From assembly GCF_009914755.1 (NCBI RefSeq), contig NC_060925.1: DNA of 64,000 nucleotides, one strand, 5' to 3'. Below are positions 1 through 10,100 of the stretch, in pieces. This DNA is from the human T2T-CHM13v2.0 reference genome, Homo sapiens. The position numbers and the translations under genes are program-made. A model generated the notes under the pieces. It was not told the origin of the DNA. It worked only from the letters and a program-made list of their open reading frames with translations, and searched no databases. Positions within the stretch are counted from its first letter, which is position 1. Each line of letters starts with the position of its first letter.

Positions 1-212
1 ATTTGTGCAATTTGCAAGTGTAGATTTCAAGCGCTTTAAGGCCAACGGCAGAAAAGGAAATATCTTCGTTTCAAAACTAGACAGAATCATTCCCACAAAC
101 TGCGTTGTGATGTGTTCGTTCAACTCACAGAGTTTAACCTTTCTGTTCATAGAGCAGTTAGGAAACACTCTGTTTGTAAAGTCTGTAAGTGGATATTCTG
201 ACATCTTGTGGC

Positions 213-229
213 CTTCGTTGGAAACGGGA
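213..229 (+). promoter_or_regulatory. CENP-B box (first of about 188 box positions, one per dimer; last at 63787-63803)
   Basis: CTTCGTTGGAAACGGGA matches the established 17-bp CENP-B box with core NTTCGNNNNANNCGGGN. It recurs at 339-341-bp intervals (e.g. 894, 1233, 1574). Confidence 0.97.
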
Positions 230-286
230 TTTCTTCATATTCTGCTAGACAGAAGAATTCTCAGTAACTTCCTTGTGTTGTGTGTA

Positions 287-305
287 TTCAACTCACAGAG
301 TTGAA
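287..305. other. Short dyad symmetry (8-bp stem, 3-nt loop) recurring in most A-type monomers
   Basis: TTCAACTC-ACA-GAGTTGAA is a perfect inverted repeat. A 9-bp version is at 1987-2007, and an imperfect version (GTTCAACTC-ACA-GAGTTTAAC) lies in the other monomer. Confidence 0.8.
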
Positions 306-553
306 CGATCCTTTACACAGAGCAGACTTGAAACACTCTTTTTGTGGAATTTGCAAGTGGAGATTTCAGCCGCTTTGAGGTCAATGGTAGAAAAGGAAAC
401 TATCTTCATATAAAGACTAGACAGAATGATTCTCAGAAACTCCTTTGTGATGTGTGTGTTCAACTCACAGAGTTTAACCTTTCTTTTCATAGAGCAGTTA
501 GTAAACACTCTGTTTATAAAGTCTGCAAGTGGATATTCAGACCCCTTTGAGGC

Positions 554-570
554 CTTCGTTGGAAATGGGA
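554..570 (+). promoter_or_regulatory. CENP-B box with core mutation C13T (predicted non-binding)
   Basis: CTTCGTTGGAAATGGGA. Confidence 0.85.
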
Positions 571-589
571 TTTCTTCATATTATGCTAG

Positions 590-1268
590 ACAGAAGAATT
601 CTCAGTAACTTCCTTGTGTTGTGTGTATTCAACTGACAGAGTTGAACTTTCTTTTAGAGAGAGCAGATTTGAAACACTGTTTTTGTGGAATTTGCAACTG
701 GAGATTTCAAGCGCTTTGGGGCCAAAGGCAGAAAAGGAAATATCTTCGTATAAAAACTAGACAGAATCATTCTCAGAAACTGCTGCGTGATGTGTGCGTT
801 CAACTATCAGAGTTTAACTTTTCTTTTCATTCAGCGGTTTGGAAACACTCTGTTTGTAAAGTCTGCACGTGGATATTTTGACCACTTAGAGGCCTTCGTT
901 GGAAACGGGTTTTTTTCATGTAAGGCTAGACAGAAGAATTCCCAGTAACTTCCTTGTGTTGTGTGCATTCAACTCACAGAGTTGAACGTTCCCTTAGACA
1001 GAGCAGATTTGAAACGCTCTATTTGTGCAATTTGCAAGTGTAGATTTCAAGCGCTTTAAGGTCAACGGCAGAAAAGGAAATATCTTCGTTTCAAAACTAG
1101 ACAGAATCATTCCCACAAACTGCGTTGTGATGTGTTCGTTCAACTCACAGAGTTTAACCTTTCTGTTCATAGAGCAGTTAGGAAACACTCTGTTTGTAAA
1201 GTCTGTAAGTGGATATTCTGACATCTTGTGGCCTTCGTTGGAAACGGGATTTCTTCATATTCTGCTAG
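590..1268 (+). repeat. Divergent 4-monomer HOR core (171+169+171+168 bp) that anchors every HOR unit
   Basis: Diagnostic strings GCGCTTTGGGGCCAAAGGCA, TTCAGCGGTTTGG, CATGTAAGGCTAG, GTTCCCTTAGAC, TCCCACAAACTGCGTT and GACATCTTGTGGCC. The core recurs with the marker position (start of the 99-aa ORF or its equivalent) at 5, 1025, 4085, 7145, 9865, 11565, 14285, 16325, 17345, 19384, 21424, 24824, 25844, 27543, 29583, 31623, 34683, 37743, 39783, 44202, 46582, 47601, 52020, 54059, 56779, 59499, 61539 and 63579. Confidence 0.92.
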
Positions 1269-2120
1269 ACAGAAGAATTCTCAGTAACTTCCTTGTGTTG
1301 TGTGTATTCAACTCACAGAGTTGAACGATCCTTTACACAGAGCAGACTTGAAACACTCTCTTTGTGGAATTTGCAAGTGGAGATTTCAGCCGCTTTGAGG
1401 TCAATGGTAGAAAAGGAAACTATCTTCATATAAAGACTAGACAGAATGATTCTCAGAAAATCTTTTGTGATGTGTGCGTTCAACTCACAGAGTTTAACTT
1501 TTCTTCTCATAGAGCAGTTAGGAAACACTCTGTTTGTAAAGTCTGCAAGTGGATATTCAGCCCTCTTTGAGGCCTTCGTTGGAAACGGGATTTCTTCATA
1601 TTATGCTAGACAGAATAATTCTCAGTAACTTCCTTGTGTTGTGTGTATTCAACTCACCGAGTTGAAGGATCCTTTACAGAGAGCAGGCTTGAAACACTCT
1701 TTTTGTCGAATTTGCAAGTGGAGATTTCAGCCGCTTTGAGGTGAATGGTAGAATAGGAAATATCTTCTTATAGAAACTAGACAGAATGATTCTCATAAAC
1801 TCCTTTGTGATGTGTGCGTTCAACTCACAGAGTTTAACCTTTCTTTTCATAGAGCAGTTAGGAAACACTCTGTTTGTAAAGTCTGCAAGTGGATATTCAG
1901 ACCTCCTTGAGGCCTTCGTTGGAAACGGGATTTCTTCATATTCTGCTAGACAGAAGAATTCTCAGTAACTTCCTTGTGTTGTGTTTATTCAACTCACAGA
2001 GTTGAATGATCCTTTACACAGAGCAGACTTGAAACACTCTTTTTGTGGAATTTGCAAGTGGAGATTTCAGCCGCTTTGAGGTCAATGGTAGAAAAGTAAA
2101 TATCTTCGTATAAAGACTAG

Positions 2121-2460
2121 ACAGAATGATTCTCAGAAACTCCTTTGTGATGTGTGCGTTCAACTCACAGAGTTTAACCTTTCTGTTCATAGAGCAGTTA
2201 GGAAACACTCTGTTTGTAAAGTCTGCAAGTGGATATTCAGACCTCCTTGAGGCCTTCGTTGGAAACGGGATTTCTTCATATTCTGCTAGACAGAAGAATT
2301 CTCAGTAACTTCCTTGTGTTGCGTGTATTCAACTCACAGAGTTGAACGATCCTTTACACAGAGCAGACTTGAAACACTCTTTTTGTGGAATTTGCAAGTG
2401 GAGATTTCTGCCGCTTTGAGGTCAATGGTAGAAAAGGAAATATCTTCGTATAAAGACTAG
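2121..2460 (+). repeat. Representative 340-bp dimer: 169-bp CENP-B-box monomer (2121-2289) plus 171-bp A-type monomer (2290-2460)
   Basis: ACAGAATGAT at 2121, ACAGAAGAATTC at 2290, ACAGAATGAT again at 2461. One EcoRI site GAATTC per dimer. Neighbouring dimers differ by only a few SNVs. Confidence 0.95.
2423..2439 (+). promoter_or_regulatory. A-box (pJ-alpha-type) motif of the A-type monomer, at the position homologous to the CENP-B box
   Basis: CAATGGTAGAAAAGGAA resembles the A-type monomer box consensus (CTAYGGTGRAAAAGGAA) and alternates with CENP-B boxes throughout. Binding cannot be shown from sequence. Confidence 0.6.
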
Positions 2461-2933
2461 ACAGAATGATTCTCAGAAACTCCTTTGTGATGTGTGCGTT
2501 CAACTCACAGAGTTTAACTTTTCTTTTCATAGAGCCGTTAGGAAACACTCTGTTTGTAAAGTCTGCAAGTGGATATTCAGACCTCTTTGAGGCCTTCGTT
2601 GGAAACGGGATTTCTTCATATTATGCTAGACAGAATAATTCTCAGTAACTTCCTTGTGTTGTGTGTATTCAACTCACAGAGTTGAAGGATCCTTTACAGA
2701 GAGCAGGCTTGAAACACTCTTTTTGTCGAATTTGCAAGTGGAGATTTCAGCCGCTTTGAGGTCAATGGTAGAATAGGAAATATCTTCTTATAGAAACTAG
2801 ACAGAATGATTCTCATAAACTCCTTTGTGATGTGTGCGTTCAACTCACAGAGTTTAACCTTTCTTTTCATAGAGCAGTTAGGAAACACTCTGTTTGTAAA
2901 GTCTGCAAGTGGATATTCAGACCTCCTTGAGGC

Positions 2934-2950
2934 CTTGGTTGGAAACGGGA
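2934..2950 (+). promoter_or_regulatory. CENP-B box with core mutation C4G; same allele at 5994, 36592 and 38632
   Basis: CTTGGTTGGAAACGGGA at all four sites. Confidence 0.85.
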
Positions 2951-5900
2951 TTTCTTCATATTCTGCTTGACAGAAGAATTCTCAGTAACTTCCTTGTGTT
3001 GTGTTTATTCAACTCACAGAGTTGAATGATCCTTTACACAGAGCAGACTTGAAACACTCTTTTTGTGGAATTTGCAAGTGGAGATTTCAGCCGCTTTGAG
3101 GTCAATGGTAGAAAAGGAAATATCTTCGTATAAAGACTAGACAGAATGATTCTCAGAAACTCCTTTGTGATGTGTGCGTTCAACTCACAGAGTTTAACTT
3201 TTCTTTTCATAGAGCAGTTAGGAAACACTCTGTTTGTAAAGTCTGCAAGTGGATATTCAGACCTCCTTGAGGCCTTCGTTGGAAACGGGATTTCTTCATA
3301 TTCTGCTAGACAGAATAATTCTCAGTAACTTCCTTGTGTTGTGTGTATTCAACTCACAGAGTTGAACGATCCTTTACACAGAGCAGACTTGAAACACTCT
3401 TTTTGTGGAATTTGCAAGTGGAGATTTCAGCCGCTTTGAGGTCAATAGTAGAAAAGGAAATATCTTCATAGAAAAACTAGACAGAATGATTCTCAGAAAC
3501 TCCTTTGTGATGTGTGTGTTCAACTCACAGAGTTTAACCTTTCTTTTCATAGAGCAGTTAGTAAACACTCTGTTTATAAAGTCTGCAAGTGGATATTCAG
3601 ACCCCTTTGAGGCCTTCGTTGGAAACGGGATTTCTTCATATTATGCTAGACAGAAGAATTCTCAGTAACTTCCTTGTGTTGTGTGTATTCAACTGACAGA
3701 GTTGAACTTTCATTTGGAGAGAGCAGATTTGAAACACTGTTTTTGTGGAATTTGCAACTGGAGATTTCAAGCGCTTTGGGGCCAAAGGCAGAAAAGGAAA
3801 TATCTTCGTATAAAAACTAGACAGAATCATTCTCAGAAACTGCTGCGAGATGTGTGCGTTCAACTCTGAGAGTTTAACTTTTCTTTTCATTCAGCGGTTT
3901 GGAAACACTGTGTTTGTAAAGTCTGCACGTGGATATTTTGACCACTTAGAGGCCTTCGTTGGAAACGGGTTTTTTTCATGTAAGGCTAGAGAGAAGAATT
4001 CCCAGTAACTTCCTTGTGTTGTGTGCATTCAACTCACAGAGTTGAACGTTCCCTTAGACAGAGCAGATTTGAAACACTCTATTTGTGCAATTTGCAAGTG
4101 TAGATTTCAAGCGCTTTAAGGTCAACGGCAGAAAAGGAAATATCTTCGTTTCAAAACTAGACAGAATCATTCCCACAAACTGCGTTGTGATGTGTTCGTT
4201 CAACTCACAGAGTTTAACCTTTCTGTTCATAGAGCAGTTAGGAAACACTCTGTTTGTAAAGTCTGTAAGTGGATATTCTGACATCTTGTGGCCTTCGTTG
4301 GAAACGGGATTTCTTCATATTCTGCTAGACAGAAGAATTCTCAGTAACTTCCTTGTGTTGTGTGTATTCAACTCACAGAGTTGAACGATCCTTTACACAG
4401 AGCAGACTTGAAACACTCTTTTTGTGGAATTTGCAACTGGAGATTTCAGCCGCTTTGAGGTCAATGGTAGAAAAGGAAACTATCTTCATATAAAGACTAG
4501 ACAGAATGATTCTCAGAAAATCTTTTGTGATGTGTGCGTTCAACTCACAGAGTTTAACTTTTCTTCTCATAGAGCAGTTAGGAAACACTCTGTTTGTAAA
4601 GTCTGCAAGTGGATATTCAGACCTCTTTGAGGCCTTCGTTGGAAACGGGATTTCGTCATATTATGCTAGACAGAATAATTCTCAGTAACTTCCTTGTGTT
4701 GTGTGTATTCAACTCACAGAGTTGAAGGATCCTTTACAGAGAGCAGGCTTGAAACACTCTTTTTGTCGAATTTGCAAGTGGAGATTTCAGCCGCTTTGAG
4801 GTCAATGGTAGAATAGGAAATATCTTCTTATAGAAACTAGACAGAATGATTCTCATGAACTCCTTTGTGATGTGTGCGTTCAACTCACAGAGTTTAACCT
4901 TTCTTTTCATAGAGCAGTTAGGAAACACTCTGTTTGTAAAGTCTGCAAGTGGATATTTAGACCTCCTTGAGGCCTTCGTTGGAAACGGGATTTCTTCATA
5001 TTCTGCTAGACAGAAGAATTCTCAGTAACTTCCTTGTGTTGTGTTTATTCAACTCACAGAGTTGAATGATCCTTTACACAGAGCAGACTTGAAACACTCT
5101 TTTTGTGGAATTTGCAAGTGGAGATTTCAGCCGCTTTGAGGTCAATGGTAGAAAAGTAAATATCTTCGTATAAAGACTAGACAGAATGATTCTCAGAAAC
5201 TCCTTTGTGATGTGTGCGTTCAACTCACAGAGTTTAACCTTTCTGTTCATAGAGCAGTTAGGAAACACTCTGTTTGTAAAGTCTGCAAGTGGATATTCAG
5301 ACCTCCTTGAGGCCTTCGTTGGAAACGGGATTTCTTCATCTTCTGCTAGACAGAAGAATTCTCAGTAACTTCCTTGTGTTGCGTGTATTCAACTCACAGA
5401 GTTGAACGATCCTTTACACAGAGCAGACTTGAAACACTCTTTTTGTGGAATTTGCAAGTGGAGATTTCTGCCGCTTTGAGGTCAATGGTAGAAAAGGAAA
5501 TATCTTCGTATAAAGACTAGACAGAATGATTCTCAGAAACTCCTTTGTGATGTGTGCGTTCAACTCACAGAGTTTAACTTTTCTTTTCATAGAGCCGTTA
5601 GGAAACACTCTGTTTGTAAAGTCTGCAAGTGGATATTCAGACCTCTTTGAGGCCTTCGTTGGAAACGGGATTTCTTCATATTATGCTAGACAGAATAATT
5701 CTCAGTAACTTCCTTGTGTTGTGTGTATTCAACTCACAGAGTTGAAGGATCCTTTACAGAGAGCAGGCTTGAAACACTCTTTTTGTCGAATTTGCAAGTG
5801 GAGATTTCAGCCGCTTTGAGGTCAATGGTAGAATAGGAAATATCTTCTTATAGAAACTAGACAGAATGATTCTCATAAACTCCTTTGTGATGTGTGCGTT

Positions 5901-7144
5901 CAACTCACAGAGTTTAACCTTTCTTTTCATAGAGCAGTTAGGAAACACTCTGTTTGTAAAGTCTGCAAGTGGATATTCAGACCTCCTTGAGGCCTTGGTT
6001 GGAAACGGGATTTCTTCATATTCTGCTAGACAGAAGAATTCTCAGTAACTTCCTTGTGTTGTGTGTATTCAACTCACAGAGTTGAACGATCCTTTACACA
6101 GAGCAGACTTGAAATATTCTTTTTGTGGAATTTGCAAGTGGAGATTTCAGCCGCTTTGAGGTCAATGGTAGAATAGGAAATATCTTCCTATAGAAACTAG
6201 ACAGAACGATTCTCAGAAACTCCTTTGTGATGTGTGCGTTCAACTCACAGAGTTTAACCTTTCTTTTCATAGAGCAGTTAGGAAACACTCTGTTTGTAAA
6301 GTCTGCAAGTGGATATTCAGACCTCTTTGAGGCCTTCGTTGGAAACGGGATTTCTTCATATTCTGCTAGACAGAAGAATTCTCAGTAACTTCCTTGTGTT
6401 GTGTGTATTCAACTCACAGAGTTGAACGATCCTTTACACAGAGCAGACTTGAAACACTCTTTTTGTGGAATTTGCAAGTGGAGATTTCAGCCGCTTTGAG
6501 GTCAATAGTAGAAAAGGAAATATCTTCGTAGAAAAACTAGACAGAATGATTCTCAGAAACTCCTTTGTGATGTGTGTGTTCAACTCACAGAGTTTAACCT
6601 TTCTTTTCATAGAGCAGTTAGTAAACACTCTGTTTATAAAGTCTGCAAGTGGATATTCAGACCCCTTTGAGGCCTTCGTTGGAAACGGGATTTCTTCATA
6701 TTATGCTAGACAGAAGAATTCTCAGTAACTTCCTTGTGTTGTGTGTATTCAACTGACAGAGTTGAACTTTCATTTAGAGAGAGCAGATTTGAAACACTGT
6801 TTTTGTGGAATTTGCAAGTGGAGATTTCAAGCGCTTTGGGGCCAAAGGCAGAAAAGGAAATATCTTCGTATAAAAACTAGACAGAATCATTCTCAGAAAC
6901 TGCTGCGTGATGTGTGCGTTCAACTCTCAGAGTTTAACTTTTCTTTTCATTCAGCGGTTTGGAAACACTCTGTTTGTAAAGTCTGCACGTGGAAATTTTG
7001 ACCACTTAGAGGCCTTCGTTGGAAACGGGTTTTTTTCATGTAAGGCTAGACAGAAGAATTCCCAGTAACTTCCTTGTGTTGTGTGCATTCAACTCACAGA
7101 GTTGAACGTTCCCTTAGACAGAGCAGATTTGAAACACTCTATTT

Positions 7145-10100
7145 GTGCAATTTGCAAGTGTAGATTTCAAGCGCTTTAAGGTCAACGGCAGAAAAGGAAA
7201 TATCTTCGTTTCAAAACTAGACAGAATCATTCCCACAAACTGCGTTGTGATGTGTTCGTTCAACTCACAGAGTTTAACCTTTCTGTTCATAGAGCAGTTA
7301 GGAAACACTCTGTTTGTAAAGTCTGTAAGTGGATATTCTGACATCTTGTGGCCTTCGTTGGAAACGGGATTTCTTCATATTCTGCTAGACAGAAGAATTC
7401 TCAGTAACTTCCTTGTGTTGTGTGTATTCAACTCACAGAGTTGAACGATCCTTTACACAGAGCAGACTTGAAACACTCTTTTTGTGGAATTTGCAAGTGG
7501 AGATTTCAGCCGCTTTGAGGTCAATGGTAGAAAAGGAAACTATCTTCATATAAAGATTAGACAGAATGATTCTCAGAAAATCTTTTGTGATGTGTGCGTT
7601 CAACTCACAGAGTTTAACTTTTCTTCTCATAGAGCAGTTAGGAAACACTCTGTTTGTAAAGTCTGCAAGTGGATATTCAGACCTCTTTGAGGTCTTCGTT
7701 GGAAACGGGATTTCTTCATATTATGCTAGACAGAATAATTCTCAGTAACTTCCTTGTGTTGTGTGTATTCAACTCACAGAGTTGAAGGATCCTTTACAGA
7801 GAGCAGGCTTGAAACACTCTTTTTGTCGAATTTGCAAGTGGAGATTTCAGCCGCTTTGTGGTCAATGGTAGAATAGGAAATATCTTCTTATAGAAACTAG
7901 ACAGAATGATTCTCATAAACTCCTTTGTGATGTGTGCGTTCAACTCACAGAGTTTAACCTTTCTTTTCATAGAGCAGTTAGGAAACACTCTGTTTGTAAA
8001 GTCTGCAAGTGGATATTCAGACCTCCTTGAGGCCTTCGTTGGAAACGGGATTTCTTCATATTCTGCTAGACAGAAGAATTCTCAGTAACTTCCTTGTGTT
8101 GTGTTTATTCAACTCACAGAGTTGAATGATCCTTTACACAGAGCAGACTTGAAACACTCTTTTTGTGGAATTTGCAAGTGGAGATTTCAGCCGCTTTGAG
8201 GTCAATGGTAGAAAAGTAAATATCTTCCTATAAAGACTAGACAGAATGATTCTCAGAAACTCCTTTGTGATGTGTGCGTTCAACTCACAGAGTTTAACCT
8301 TTCTGTTCATAGAGCCGTTAGGAAACACTCTGTTTGTAAAGTCTGCAAGTGGATATTCAGACCTCTTTGAGGCCTTCGTTGGAAACGGGATTTCTTCATA
8401 TTATGCTAGACAGAAGAATTCTCAGTAACTTCCTTGTGTTGTGTGTATTCAACTCACAGAGTTGAACGATCCTTTACACAGAGCAGACTTGAAACATTCT
8501 TTTTGTGGAATTTGCAAGTGGAGATTTCAGCCGCTTTGAGGTCAATGGTAGAATAGGAAATATCTTCCTATAGAAACTAGACAGAACGATTCTCAGAAAC
8601 TCCTTTGTGATGTGTGCGTTCAACTCACAGAGTTTAACCTTTCTTTTCATAGAGCAGTTAGGAAACACTCTGTTTGTAAAGTCTGCAAGTGGATATTCAG
8701 ACCTCCTTGAGGCCTTCGTTGGAAACGGGATTTCTTCATATTCTGCTAGACAGAAGAATTCTCAGTAACTTCCTTGTGTTGTGTTTATTCAACTCACAGA
8801 GTTGAATGATCCTTTACACAGAGCAGACTTGAAACACTCTTTTTGTGGAATTTGCAAGTGGAGATTTCAGCCGCTTTGAGGTCAATGGTAGAAAAGTAAA
8901 TATCTTCGTATAAAGACTAGACAGAATGATTCTCAGAAACTCCTTTGTGATGTGTGCGTTCAACTCACAGAGTTTAACCTTTCTGTTCATAGAGCTGTTA
9001 GGAAACACTCTGTTTGTAAAGTCTGCAAGTGGATATTCAGACCTCCTTTAGGCCTTCGTTGGAAACGGGATTTCTTCATATTCTGCTAGACAGAAGAATT
9101 CTCAGTAACTTCCTTGTGTTGTGTGTATTCAACTCACAGAGTTGAACGATCCTTTACACAGAGCAGACTTGAAACACTCTTTTTGTGGAATTTGCAAGTG
9201 GAGATTTCAGCCGCTTTGAGGTCAATAGTAGAAAAGGAAATATCTTCGTAGAAAAACTAGACAGAATGATTCTCAGAAACTCCTTTGTGATGTGTGTGTT
9301 CAACTCACAGAGTTTAACCTTTCTTTTCATAGAGCAGTTAGTAAACACTCTGTTTATAAAGTCTGCAAGTGGATATTCAGACCCCTTTGAGGCCTTCGTT
9401 GGAAACGGGATTTCTTCATATTATGCTAGACAGAAGAATTCTCAGTAACTTCCTTGTGTTGTGTGTATTCAACTGACAGAGTTGAACTTTCATTTAGAGA
9501 GAGCAGATTTGAAACACTGTTTTTGTGGAATTTGCAAGTGGAGATTTCAAGCGCTTTGGGGCCAAAGGCAGAAAAGGAAATATCTTCGTATAAAAACTAG
9601 ACAGAATCATTCTCAGAAACTGCTGCGTGATGTGTGCGTTCAACTCTCAGAGTTTAACTTTTCTTTTCATTCAGCGGTTTGGAAACACTCTGTTTGTAAA
9701 GTCTGCACGTGGAAATTTTGACCACTTAGAGGCCTTCGTTGGAAACGGGTTTTTTTCATGTAAGGCTAGACAGAAGAATTCCCAGTAACTTCCTTGTGTT
9801 GTGTGCATTCAACTCACAGAGTTGAACGTTCCCTTAGACAGAGCAGATTTGAAACACTCTATTTGTGCAATTTGCAAGTGTAGATTTCAAGCGCTTTAAG
9901 GTCAACGGCAGAAAAGGAAATATCTTCGTTTCAAAACTAGACAGAATCATTCCCACAAACTGCGTTGTGATGTGTTCGTTCAACTCACAGAGTTTAACCT
10001 TTCTGTTCATAGAGCAGTTAGGAAACACTCTGTTTGTAAAGTCTGTAAGTGGATATTCTGACATCTTGTGGCCTTCGTTGGAAACGGGATTTCTTCATAT

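Larger units (their letters stand above)
5..1024 (+). repeat. 6-mer (1020-bp) HOR unit; also 16325-17344 and 24824-25843, with a 1019-bp variant at 46582-47600
   Basis: Core-to-core spacing of 1020 bp = 4-monomer core plus one dimer. Confidence 0.9.
1025..7144 (+). repeat. Two 18-mer (3060-bp) HOR variants; two more at 31623-37742
   Basis: Core marker spacings 1025-4085-7145 and 31623-34683-37743 are each 3060 bp. Confidence 0.9.

Noticed and set aside
287-345. Hairpin followed by T-rich sequence as a rho-independent terminator
   Set aside because: The context is a eukaryotic satellite with no upstream gene, the stem is AT-rich, and the T-run is not adjacent to the stem.
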